Shown here piece after piece: positions 29,335-38,884 of a stretch of DNA of 64,000 nucleotides (position 1 is the first letter of the stretch; every line of letters begins with the position of its first letter). The notes beneath the pieces were generated by a model that searched no databases, was not told the DNA's origin, and saw nothing but the letters and a program-made list of their open reading frames with translations. Source of the stretch: Rhabdothermincola salaria (GTDB lineage Bacteria > Actinomycetota > Acidimicrobiia > Acidimicrobiales > Acidimicrobilacustridaceae). The stretch spans positions 310,001 to 374,000 of the forward strand of contig NZ_JAJQXW010000003.1 of the NCBI RefSeq assembly GCF_021246445.1, read 5' to 3'. The translations under genes and the position numbers were made by a program.

Positions 29335-30345
29335 TCAGCGCGGCGTGCCGGCGGCCCGCTGCGTGGCGCAGAGCCTCGCCGCCTCCGTCATCCCGGCCTC
29401 CGCCACCACGTCACCGATGATGTCCAGCGACCGGTCCAGCACGACGGGGGGCACGCCACGCGTCGCCAGGACATGGGCCAGCCACTCGACGAAGGCGGTG
29501 AAGATGCCGTCGTCGCCCAGGTCGATCGACGTCACCAGGTAGCTGAGGATGTAGCCGACGTCGGTGCGCGTGCTGGCGAGCTGGGCCGGGGAGTAGGTGG
29601 CCATCGCCGGCAGACGCTCAGCCATGGCGGACAGGCACGATCGCTGCAGCTCCTCGGTGGCCAGCTCCAGGGCGAACGCCTCGGGAGGTGAGGGGGCCGG
29701 GGATCGCTCGCGAGCGGGCGGCGCAGCCAGGGCGGCACCGAGGTCGGCGGTCGGACCGATCCACCCGCTGGCGCCGAGCCGTCGTGCTCGGACGTCGTCG
29801 GACCCGAATGCAGCCCCGGCCGCCAGGGCGGGAAGTCCGAGCTCGGCGACGGCGGCGAAGCACCGGCGGGCACCGCCCAGGAACAGCGGGACGGTGCAGC
29901 TGATCACCACGACATCGGGCTCGGTGACCGCGGCGTACCGCTGGAGGTCGTCGGCCGGGAGGCTGCCGCCGAGGAAGGTCACGTCCCACCCCTCACTGCG
30001 GAGCAGCTGGGCACCCATGCGGGCCGGCGTCGTGTGGTGCTCGCCTTCGGCGCAGGCCACCAGGGCCGTCCCCCGCCACGCATCCGGGGCCCGTTCCTGC
30101 AAGGCCAGAGCTCCGAGCACACCGTCGACCACCGCGGTGGACGCGTGCTCATCGGCGGTGCTCCACAGGTTCGCCGCCCACCGATCCCCCACCTCGACCT
30201 GCACCGGGGCCAGGACGTCCGTGATGATCGCGTCGGTCTCGAGGCCACGGGAACGGAGCGCGAGGACGAGCTCGATCGCCGGTCGCGGCTGCCCTCGGCG
30301 GGCCACGCCCAGCAGTTCGGCCGCCTCCGGCCCGAGTGGTGTCAC
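29335..30345 (-). CDS. Cobalamin-binding protein with CarH-type cap and C-terminal helical domain (photocobilin-like)
   Basis: VGDRW-x9-EH, GEHHTTP, GWDVTFLGGSLP, VVVISC; C-terminal helical domain; start uncertain (30345 or 30360). Confidence 0.75.
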   Translation of the reverse strand: MTPLGPEAAELLGVARRGQPRPAIELVLALRSRGLETDAIITDVLAPVQVEVGDRWAANLWSTADEHASTAVVDGVLGALALQERAPDAWRGTALVACAEGEHHTTPARMGAQLLRSEGWDVTFLGGSLPADDLQRYAAVTEPDVVVISCTVPLFLGGARRCFAAVAELGLPALAAGAAFGSDDVRARRLGASGWIGPTADLGAALAAPPARERSPAPSPPEAFALELATEELQRSCLSAMAERLPAMATYSPAQLASTRTDVGYILSYLVTSIDLGDDGIFTAFVEWLAHVLATRGVPPVVLDRSLDIIGDVVAEAGMTEAARLCATQRAAGTPR

Positions 30346-30448
30346 GGCGCTTCGGTGCACGAGCGTCCCGACGCTGTCGGGCCGGGACCATCCGGACCCA
30401 CCACCACGGCCGCCGCGGTGCGGGACCCACGGGCCCGGAGCGGGGACG

Positions 30449-33172
30449 TCACGAGCGGGTCGCGCTCTCGTCGACACCGCGTCGAAGGCGCGACGGTCGG
30501 GCGAGGTCGATGAGCTCTTCCCGGGCGGCGCCCTCTCCGAGCCGTTCCGCTCGACGGAGGAGGTCCACGGCCTGGCGTGCATCCTCGACGAGGCGCGGCA
30601 ACAGCCGCTCGAGCTGCATGCGGGCGACCGTGAACCGATCGACCTCGACGAGCACCGACGGCCCTTCGCCGAGGGACACGTCGACGGGGAGCGCGTGCTC
30701 CCCTGCGTCGGTCGCCAGCACCGGGAGACCGCCCATCCCCCGGATCGTGGTCTGGAGCAGCTCGGCTGCGGCCGGCGCGGAGCGAACCCGCAGCAGACCG
30801 CGCAGCAGGTCGGCGACGACGTCGGACTCGGCGACTTCCACGGCCGCCGTCGGCCGTTCCGGGCCGCGGGCGAGCGGTGGCGGACCGGGTCTGCGGTGAG
30901 GCGATGGGGCACCGGCCCGCCTCGCCGACGGGCGATGGCCATCGTCGGTGGCACCGGAGGCACCCGCCACGCCTGATGCGGGTGCCGTCGGGATCCGGCC
31001 GGCCCCTTCGATCAGCACATCGCGGGCCGGCGCAGGGCGTCCGAACAGGTAGCCCTGACCGAAGGAGCATCCGAGGCGTCGCAACTCCTCGTGTTGCGCC
31101 TTGGTCTCGATGCCCTCGGCCACCACGAACAGGCCCAGCTCTGCGCCGAGCGAGATGATGGAGCGGACGATGGCGGCGTCGTTCGCCGTGTCACCGGCTC
31201 TCGCCACGAAGCTGCGATCGATCTTGAGCGTGTGCACCGGGAAGCTGCGCAGGTAGGTGAGGCTCGCCCAGCCCGTCCCGAAGTCGTCGATCGACACGCC
31301 GACGCCGAGGTCGACCAGGCGGCGCAGCACCAGGCACGCCTTCTCCAGCTCCTCGACCACCGCCGTCTCGGTCACCTCCAACCACAGGCAGGCCGGGTCG
31401 AACCCGGCGTCGCCCATGATCTCGGTGAAGCGCTCGACGACCCCGGGATCGGCCAGCTGCCGGGTCGACACGTTGACGGACAAGTAGATGTCGGCCCCCG
31501 CTCGGCGCCACTCGGCGGCCTGCCGGCAGGCCTTCTCGAGCACCCGTTCTCCGAGCCCCACGATCAGGCCGCTCCGCTCGGCGGTGTCCAGGAACTCGGC
31601 GGGCGGGAGCGTGCCACGCTCCGGGTGCTCCCAGCGCACCAGCGCTTCGAAGGCGATGAGCCGACCATCGACGAGGTCGACGACGGGTTGGTAGTGGACG
31701 TCGAACTCGTCGTCGGCCAGGGCCTGGCCCAGCCGGGCGGTGAAGCTCGCATCCTGTTCGAGCGAGCGGTCTCGCCGAGCGGCGACGGCAGAGCGGTTCA
31801 CCGACACGATGCCCACGGGCTCACCGACGCCGTCGCGGACGAGCGTGGTCGAGCTCAGGATCTCGACGGTCGAGCCGTCCCGCGCCAGCTGCATGCTCTC
31901 GCCGTGCCACCGCCCGGTGTGCTCCAGGTGCTCCCACATGTCCGGGATCTGGTCGTGTTCGTCGACCCACCGGAGGACGTCGAGGACGTGTCGCCCCCGC
32001 ACGTCGACCTCGCTCCAGCCGTAGAGGCGCTCCGCGGCGGCGTTCCAGCTGCGGATGTGGAAGTGCAGGTCGGTGATGATGACCGCATCGGTGAGGTCGC
32101 CGAGCACGCCGATGACCAGCCGGCGCAGCCGGGCCGAGGCATCGCTCACCGGGGTGAGCCGCACGCGCCGCGCCGGACGGGCGTGCCAGGAGACGGGGGC
32201 CGAATCCACCGCCGCGGTGACCTCGCCCGCATCGCCGTGCCGGAAGTCCATGAGCTGGGAGCGTCGAGGCGTCCCCGTGGCCGTCACGAGGAGCCGCTCT
32301 CGCGCCGCGGCCGAGGAGGCGGTGGTCACGAGGTCGACGAGCCGCCTGCCGACGACCGCTCCTGGAGCGGCGGCCCCGACCAGGTCGGCGGCGGCCTGGT
32401 CGCAGAACACGATGAGGCCGTCGACGTGGACGATCTCGCCCGGCTCGAGCAGTGGCGCAGCCTCTTCCACCCCGGCCTCGCCTTCGACGGCGGCGTTCGG
32501 GAGATCCAACCGGTAGCCGGCTCCCCGCACCGTCGCGAGGAGCGTCGGACGCGCCGGATCGACCTCGAGCTTCTGGCGGAGGCGCCGTATGTGCTCGGTG
32601 ACCGTGGCCGCCTGCTGCCACTCCGAGGCCGATCGCCACACGGCGTTCAGGAGCTGCTCGCGATCGAAGACGTGCCCCGGACGCACCGCCAGGTACGCCA
32701 GCAGGTCGAACTCCTTCGCCGTCAACTTGACCCTCTCGCCCGCCGAGGTCACCTCCCGAGCCACCAGATCGATGTCGAATCGACCGATCCGGAGCACGGC
32801 GTCAGCGGCCGGGTCCCGACGTCGTCGGACCGCCAGGACGCGGGCCGTGAGCTCACGGAGGTAGAAGGGCTTCACGACGAGGTCGTCGGCCCCCCGCTCG
32901 AGCGCCCGCACCCGGTCGGCTTCGACCGTCGCTCCACTCAGCACGATGATGTGGGCGGTCGAGCCCGACGCCCGGAGGCCGTCGATGACGTCCAGACCGG
33001 ACCCGTCGGGCAATGCCAGCGCGACGATCACCACACCGAACGAGCGGAGGGCGATCGCCGCCTCGGCGCCGGCGACGGTGTCCGCGACGGTGACGTGGAT
33101 CCCCTGGTCCTGCAGCTGGGCCCGCACGCGCGCCCGGATGCCCGCCTCGTCGTCGACGAGCAGGACGCTCAC
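30449..33172 (-). CDS. REC-wHTH(OmpR)-PAS-PAS-EAL hybrid phosphodiesterase/regulator
   Basis: LLVDDE, GADDLVVKPF, LTAKEFDLL, TVRGAGY, WNAAAERLYGW, EALVRW, DDFGTGWASL. Confidence 0.88.
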   Translation of the reverse strand: MSVLLVDDEAGIRARVRAQLQDQGIHVTVADTVAGAEAAIALRSFGVVIVALALPDGSGLDVIDGLRASGSTAHIIVLSGATVEADRVRALERGADDLVVKPFYLRELTARVLAVRRRRDPAADAVLRIGRFDIDLVAREVTSAGERVKLTAKEFDLLAYLAVRPGHVFDREQLLNAVWRSASEWQQAATVTEHIRRLRQKLEVDPARPTLLATVRGAGYRLDLPNAAVEGEAGVEEAAPLLEPGEIVHVDGLIVFCDQAAADLVGAAAPGAVVGRRLVDLVTTASSAAARERLLVTATGTPRRSQLMDFRHGDAGEVTAAVDSAPVSWHARPARRVRLTPVSDASARLRRLVIGVLGDLTDAVIITDLHFHIRSWNAAAERLYGWSEVDVRGRHVLDVLRWVDEHDQIPDMWEHLEHTGRWHGESMQLARDGSTVEILSSTTLVRDGVGEPVGIVSVNRSAVAARRDRSLEQDASFTARLGQALADDEFDVHYQPVVDLVDGRLIAFEALVRWEHPERGTLPPAEFLDTAERSGLIVGLGERVLEKACRQAAEWRRAGADIYLSVNVSTRQLADPGVVERFTEIMGDAGFDPACLWLEVTETAVVEELEKACLVLRRLVDLGVGVSIDDFGTGWASLTYLRSFPVHTLKIDRSFVARAGDTANDAAIVRSIISLGAELGLFVVAEGIETKAQHEELRRLGCSFGQGYLFGRPAPARDVLIEGAGRIPTAPASGVAGASGATDDGHRPSARRAGAPSPHRRPGPPPLARGPERPTAAVEVAESDVVADLLRGLLRVRSAPAAAELLQTTIRGMGGLPVLATDAGEHALPVDVSLGEGPSVLVEVDRFTVARMQLERLLPRLVEDARQAVDLLRRAERLGEGAAREELIDLARPSRLRRGVDESATRS

Positions 33173-33393
33173 CTCGGGCTCGCGCCAGGGTCTGGCGAGG
33201 ACGAGGCGACGCTCTCGACACAGCCGTCGCGGCCGTGTCGGCTGCCCAGCTCACGTCCTCGATCCATGTCACCGCTTCCCAGCCGCCCGGCGCGATCGGC
33301 GCCCGCGTAGCTGTCGAAGCCCGACGGTAACGGCGTCGCTCCGATTGTCCTCGGCGCTCGCGGGAGATCGACGATTCCGGTGGGCCCTGGTCG

Positions 33394-34611
33394 CTACTCG
33401 ATGCGCAGGCCGGAGATGGCCCGGCTGATCACGAGGCGCTGGATCTCGCTGGTGCCCTCGAAGATGGTGAAGATCTTGGCGTCGCGGTGCCAGCGCTCGA
33501 CCGGGTACTCGCGGGTGTAGCCGTACCCACCGAGGATCTGGATGGCCTGCTCGGTCGCCCAGACCGCCACCTCGCCCGCCTTCAGCTTGGACATCGAGCC
33601 CTCGCCGGCCACGAACTCCTTGCCGGTCGCCGCCATCCACGCGGCGCGATGCACGAGCAAGCGGGCCGCGTCGATCTCCATCTTCATGTCGGCCAGCTTG
33701 AAGGCGATGGCTTGGTTCATGATGATCGGCCGGCCGAACGCCTCGCGCTCCTTGGCGTAGTCGAGGGCGTACTCGTAGGCGGCCCGGGCCACGCCGAGGG
33801 CCTGGGCCCCCACCGCCGGCCGAGTGGCCTCGAAGGTGGCCATCGCCGGCTGCTTGGCGCCGGTCCGGCCCTTGTCGCGGCCGCGAGCCAGGCGATCGTC
33901 GAGCTTCTCCTTGCCGCCGAGGAGGCACCGCCCGGGCACCCGCACGTCGTCGAGGACCACCTCGGAGGTGTGCGACGCCTTGATGCCGTGCTTCTTGTAC
34001 TTCTGGCCCATGGAGAGGCCCTTGGTGCCGGGCGGCACGACGAAGCTGGCCTGGCCCCGCCCCTTGAGCTCGGGGTCGACGGCGGCGACCACGACGTGCA
34101 CGTCGGCGATGCCGCCGTTGGTGATCCAGGCCTTGGTGCCGTTGAGCACCCACTCGTCGGTGGCCTCGTCGTAGACGGCTCGGGTGCGCAGCGACGAGAC
34201 GTCGGACCCCGCGTCGGGCTCGCTCACGCAGAAGGCACCGAGCTTCACGTCGTCGGCGGTGCCGTAGCACTGGGGCACCCATTCCATGACCTGGTCCTGG
34301 GTGCCGTTGCCGGTGATGCCGGCGGCGGCGAGACCCGAGCCGAAGATCGACAGGCCGATGCCCGCGTCACCCCAGAACAGCTCCTCGATGGCGACCGGCA
34401 GGGTGAGCCCCTGGGGGTCGGCCATGGCGTTGGCCATGAACTCCCAGCCGTAGAGGCCGACGTTGGCGGCTTCCTGCACGATCGGCCAGGGGAACTCTTC
34501 CTTCTCGTCCCACTCCTCGGCGGCGGGGCGCACCACCGAGGCGGCGAAGTCGTGGACCCACTCCTTGATGGTGAGCTGGTCCTCGTTGAGCTCGAGGCTG
34601 AAATCGGCCAT
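33394..34611 (-). CDS. Acyl-CoA dehydrogenase
   Basis: SEPDAGSD, LNGTKAWITNG, REAFG, GGYGY, IFEGTSEIQ. Confidence 0.95.
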   Translation of the reverse strand: MADFSLELNEDQLTIKEWVHDFAASVVRPAAEEWDEKEEFPWPIVQEAANVGLYGWEFMANAMADPQGLTLPVAIEELFWGDAGIGLSIFGSGLAAAGITGNGTQDQVMEWVPQCYGTADDVKLGAFCVSEPDAGSDVSSLRTRAVYDEATDEWVLNGTKAWITNGGIADVHVVVAAVDPELKGRGQASFVVPPGTKGLSMGQKYKKHGIKASHTSEVVLDDVRVPGRCLLGGKEKLDDRLARGRDKGRTGAKQPAMATFEATRPAVGAQALGVARAAYEYALDYAKEREAFGRPIIMNQAIAFKLADMKMEIDAARLLVHRAAWMAATGKEFVAGEGSMSKLKAGEVAVWATEQAIQILGGYGYTREYPVERWHRDAKIFTIFEGTSEIQRLVISRAISGLRIE

Positions 34612-34673
34612 GGGGCACCTCGCTGGTGTGAGTCGTCGTGGGGTCCGAGGGGGTCGAACCCGCCTCCCTCCAA

Positions 34674-34689
34674 GTTACCCGCCGGTAAC
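34674..34689. promoter_or_regulatory. Palindromic operator GTTACC-N4-GGTAAC
   Basis: Perfect 6-bp arms about 63 bp upstream of the acyl-CoA dehydrogenase start. Confidence 0.55.
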
Positions 34690-34743
34690 CGCGGTGACCA
34701 CCATCAGGCTCTCGGGCCGGGGTGGAAGCACCGTCGGCGGGGC

Positions 34744-36114
34744 TCAGGCCCGACGGACCTGGGTGCCCTCGGCGGTGTCCTCCACCAGCCACCCGGCGCC
34801 CGACAGCTCGGCCCGCAGGGCGTCGGCGGTGGCGAAGTCCTTCGCCGCCCGGGCCTCGTCGCGGCGGCGGGCCAGGTCGCGGATCTCGTCGGGCACGTCG
34901 TGAGCCTCGGCCGCCAGCACCAGGCCGACCGCCTCGGTGATCGCTCCGATGGCTCGCACCAAAGGGGCGGCGGTCCATCGGTCGCCGGCATCGAGCGCGG
35001 TGTTGACCCGGGTGACCAGGCCGAACAGCAGTGCCACCGCCGCCGGGGTGTCGAGGTCGTCGTCCATGGACCGGCGGAACTCGGCGAGGGCGTCGGCGTC
35101 GGGCTCCACCTCGGAGCTGTCGAGCGCCAGCCCGACCCCCTTGGCCCGGCGGGCCACCGCGTCGAGGCGTTCGAGCGCAGCCGAGGCATCGGCGGTGGTG
35201 GACGGGGTGACCTCGAGCGGGCTGCGGTAGTGGGCCCGCAGCACCAACAACCGGTAGGCGCGGGGGTCGGTGCGCTCGACGAGGTCGAGCAGGGTGGTGA
35301 AGTTGCCCAGGCTCTTGGACATCTTCTCGCCGCCCACCTCGACGAAGCCGTTGTGCACCCAGTGCCGGGCGAACGTCCGCCCCGTGGCGACCGCCTGGGC
35401 GCGCTCGTTCTCGTGGTGGGGGAACGCCAGGTCCTGGCCGCCACCGTGGATGTCGAAGCCGTCGCCCAACAGGTCGAGCGACATCACCACGCACTCGGTG
35501 TGCCAGCCGGGCCGGCCCTCGCCCCACGGCGACGGCCACGACGGCTCGCCGGGCCCGGAGAACTTCCAGAGGGCGAAGTCGACCGGCGAGCGCTTGTGCT
35601 CGGCCACCTCGACCCGGGCGCCGGCCTGCAACGACTCGAGCGACTGGCGCGCCAGCAGCCCGTAGTCGTCGACGACGGCCGGGCTGAAGTAGACGCCGTC
35701 GTCGGAGACGTAGGCGTCGCCCCGCCCGACCAGGTCGACGATGAGCTCGACCATGCGCTCGACGTAGGCGGTGGCGTGGGGGTCGTGGTCCGGGCGGGCG
35801 ACACCGATGGCCTCCATGGCCTGCCACCAGATGGCCTCGTTCTCGGCCGCCACCTCGTCGGTGCTGCGGCCGCTCTCGACGGCGCGCGCCATGATCTTGT
35901 CGTCGATGTCGGTGATGTTCGACACGTACGTGACGTCGAGGCCCGACCAGGTGAGGTAGCGGCGCAGCACGTCGAACACCAGCGAGAAGCGACCGTGACC
36001 GAGGTGCGGCGGCCCGTACACGGTCGGTCCGCACACGTACATCGACACCTTGCCGGGCTCACGGGGCTCGAACGGGACGACCCGTCCCTGGGCGGTGTCG
36101 AAGAGGTGCAGCAC
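34744..36114 (-). CDS. cysS: Cysteine--tRNA ligase
   Basis: MYVCGPTVY, HLGH, DFALWK, GRPGWHTEC, KMSKS. Confidence 0.97.
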   Translation of the reverse strand: MLHLFDTAQGRVVPFEPREPGKVSMYVCGPTVYGPPHLGHGRFSLVFDVLRRYLTWSGLDVTYVSNITDIDDKIMARAVESGRSTDEVAAENEAIWWQAMEAIGVARPDHDPHATAYVERMVELIVDLVGRGDAYVSDDGVYFSPAVVDDYGLLARQSLESLQAGARVEVAEHKRSPVDFALWKFSGPGEPSWPSPWGEGRPGWHTECVVMSLDLLGDGFDIHGGGQDLAFPHHENERAQAVATGRTFARHWVHNGFVEVGGEKMSKSLGNFTTLLDLVERTDPRAYRLLVLRAHYRSPLEVTPSTTADASAALERLDAVARRAKGVGLALDSSEVEPDADALAEFRRSMDDDLDTPAAVALLFGLVTRVNTALDAGDRWTAAPLVRAIGAITEAVGLVLAAEAHDVPDEIRDLARRRDEARAAKDFATADALRAELSGAGWLVEDTAEGTQVRRA

Positions 36115-36197
36115 GTCGACACGCTACCGGCGCCCTCGCGCCCCGCCCGAACGGCTTCGGGGACCGGCGAGGGTCGGCGGTAGCCTCGGCGCCACCT

Positions 36198-38825
36198 ATG
36201 AGCCCGGCAGCCCCCACCCCCCGCGACACCTGGACCGTTCCCGAGAAGCCCACCCTCGACGACCTCGAGGACCGCTGGGGCGAGGTCTGGGAGCAGCAGG
36301 GCACCTACCGCTTCGATCGCACCGCAGAGCGCCCCGACGTGTACTCCATCGACACGCCGCCGCCCACGGTGAGCGGGTCGCTGCACGTGGGCCACGTGTT
36401 CAGCTACACCCACACCGACACCATCGCCCGCTACCAGCGCATGCGGGGCAAGGCCGTCTTCTACCCCATGGGCTGGGACGACAACGGCCTGCCCACCGAA
36501 CGTCGGGTGCAGAACTACTACGACGTCCTCTGCGACCCGTCGTTGCCCTACGACCCCCACTTCGAGATCCCCACCCCGGTCGAGACACGCACCAAGGCCG
36601 AGCGCAAGGCCCCCAAGGTCCACATCAGCCGGCGCAACTTCATCGACCTGTGCAACCACCTCACCGCCGAGGACGAGAAGGTCTTCGAGGACCTCTGGCG
36701 CCACCTCGGGCTCTCCGTCGACTGGTCGATGACCTACGCCACCATCGACGAGCGCTGCCAGCGCGTCGCCCAGCGTGCCTTCCTGCGCAACCTCCAGCGA
36801 GGCGAGGCCTACCAGGCCGAGGCCCCGGTGCTGTGGGACGTCGACTTCATGTGCGCCGTCGCCCAGGCCGAGCTCGAGGACCGCGAGCAGGCCGGTGCCT
36901 ACCACCGCCTGCCCTTCCACGGCCCCGACGGCGACGTGTTCATCGAGACCACCCGACCCGAGCTGCTGCCCGCCTGCGTGGCCCTCGTCGCCCACCCCGA
37001 CGACGAGCGCTACCAGCCCTTGTTCGGCACGACGGTGCGCACCCCCCTGTTCGGGGTGGAGGTCGAGGTCGTGGCCCACGAGCTGGCCGATCCCGAGAAG
37101 GGGTCCGGCATCGCCATGATCTGCACCTTCGGCGACCTCACCGACGTGATCTGGTGGCGCGAGCTGCAGCTGGCCACCCGATCCGTGGTGGGCGAGAACG
37201 GTCGGCTGCTGGCCGAGGCCCCCGAGTGGATCGCGGCCGCCGGGGCACCGGCCGAGGCGGCCTACGGCGAGCTGGCCGGCAAGAACGTCAAGCAGGCCCA
37301 GGCCCGCATCGTGGAGCTGCTCACCGAGAGCGGTGAGCTGGTCGGGGAGCCCAAGCCCATCACCCACCCGGTGAAGTTCTTCGAGAAGGGCGACCGCCCC
37401 CTCGAGATCGTCACCAGCCGCCAGTGGTACCTGCGCAACGGCGGCCGCGACCTCGACCTGCGCGACGCGCTGCTGCAGCGGGGCCACGAGCTGCACTGGC
37501 ACCCGCCCCACATGCGGGTGCGCTACGAGAACTGGGTCAACGGCCTCAACGGCGACTGGCTGGTGAGCCGCCAACGGTTCTTCGGGGTGCCGTTCCCGCT
37601 GTGGTACCCGGTCCTCGACGACGGCACCGTCGACCACAGCCGCCCCGTCCTCCCGCCCGAGGACGCCCTGCCCGTCGACCCGTCGACCGACGTCCCTCCC
37701 GGCTACGACGAGGCCCAGCGGGGCCAGCCGGGCGGCTTCGTGGGCGACCCCGACGTCATGGACACCTGGGCCACGTCGTCGCTCACCCCCCAGATCGCCA
37801 CCGGCTGGGGCGAGGACGACGACCTGTTCGCCCGCACCTTCCCCATGGACCTGCGCCCCCAGGCCCACGAGATCATCCGCACCTGGCTGTTCTCCACGAC
37901 CGTGCGCGCCCACCTCGAGCACGACTCGCTGCCGTGGCGCAACGCGGGCATCTCCGGATGGGTCCTCGACCCCGACCGCAAGAAGATGTCCAAGTCCAAG
38001 GGCAACGTGGTCACCCCCATGGGCCTGCTCGAGCAGTACGGCTCCGACGCCGTGCGCTACTGGGCAGCCAGCGGCCGGCCCGGCACCGACACCGCCTTCG
38101 ACGAGGGCCAGATGAAGGTCGGGCGCCGCCTGGCCATCAAGTTGCTCAACGCCAGCCGTTTCGCCCTCGGCCTCGGTGGCGGCGACGGTGCCGCCCGGGC
38201 CACCGACACCACCGTGGTCACCGAACCGCTCGACCGGGCCGAGCTGGCCCGTCTCGCCGAGCTGGTCGACGACGCCACCGCCGCCTTCGACGCCTACGAC
38301 TACGCCCGAGCCCTCGAGCGCACCGAGTCGTTCTTCTGGTCCTTCTGCGACCACTACCTCGAGCTGGTGAAGGGACGGGCCTACGGCGCCCGCGGCGACG
38401 AGGCCGCCTGGTCGGCGCAGGCCACGCTGCAGCTCTCGCTGTCCACGCTGCTGCGCCTCTTCGCCCCCTTCCTCCCCTTCGTCACCGAAGAGGTGTGGTC
38501 GTGGTGGCAGGACGGCTCGGTCCACACCGCGCCGTGGCCCGATGCCTCCACGCTGCGCGACATCGCCGACGACGGCGATCCCCTGGTGTTCGAGCTGGCC
38601 GCCGCCGTGCTGGGCGACGTGCGCAAGGCCAAGACCGAGGCCAAGCGCAACCTCAAGTGGCCGGTCGACCGAGTCGTCGTCACCGACCACGAGCCCCGGG
38701 CGCGGGCCCTGCGCGCCGCGGTCGACGACGTGCGCGAGGCCGCCAACGCCGCCGAGGTCGTGGTCGAGGTCACCGCCGAGCCCTCGATCGAGGTCACCCT
38801 GGCGTCGGAGCCCGACGACACCTGA
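36198..38825 (+). CDS. valS: Valine--tRNA ligase (short actinobacterial type)
   Basis: DTPPPTVSGSLHVGH, TTRPE, DWLVSRQR, KMSKSKGN. Confidence 0.95.
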   Translation: MSPAAPTPRDTWTVPEKPTLDDLEDRWGEVWEQQGTYRFDRTAERPDVYSIDTPPPTVSGSLHVGHVFSYTHTDTIARYQRMRGKAVFYPMGWDDNGLPTERRVQNYYDVLCDPSLPYDPHFEIPTPVETRTKAERKAPKVHISRRNFIDLCNHLTAEDEKVFEDLWRHLGLSVDWSMTYATIDERCQRVAQRAFLRNLQRGEAYQAEAPVLWDVDFMCAVAQAELEDREQAGAYHRLPFHGPDGDVFIETTRPELLPACVALVAHPDDERYQPLFGTTVRTPLFGVEVEVVAHELADPEKGSGIAMICTFGDLTDVIWWRELQLATRSVVGENGRLLAEAPEWIAAAGAPAEAAYGELAGKNVKQAQARIVELLTESGELVGEPKPITHPVKFFEKGDRPLEIVTSRQWYLRNGGRDLDLRDALLQRGHELHWHPPHMRVRYENWVNGLNGDWLVSRQRFFGVPFPLWYPVLDDGTVDHSRPVLPPEDALPVDPSTDVPPGYDEAQRGQPGGFVGDPDVMDTWATSSLTPQIATGWGEDDDLFARTFPMDLRPQAHEIIRTWLFSTTVRAHLEHDSLPWRNAGISGWVLDPDRKKMSKSKGNVVTPMGLLEQYGSDAVRYWAASGRPGTDTAFDEGQMKVGRRLAIKLLNASRFALGLGGGDGAARATDTTVVTEPLDRAELARLAELVDDATAAFDAYDYARALERTESFFWSFCDHYLELVKGRAYGARGDEAAWSAQATLQLSLSTLLRLFAPFLPFVTEEVWSWWQDGSVHTAPWPDASTLRDIADDGDPLVFELAAAVLGDVRKAKTEAKRNLKWPVDRVVVTDHEPRARALRAAVDDVREAANAAEVVVEVTAEPSIEVTLASEPDDT

Positions 38826-38884
38826 GCCGCGCCCCGTTCCGTCACCCCGGCCCGGCGCGCCCGGGCGCCCCGCCCGAACGCGCC

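Noticed and set aside
29335..30963. 542-aa version of the B12-binding protein
   Set aside because: The extension overlaps the 3' end of the EAL gene in another frame and is low complexity; the domain begins near 30345.
22727..33393. Signalling block as a defined mobile element
   Set aside because: No integrase, transposase, tRNA or terminal repeats seen; insertion is only inferred from context.
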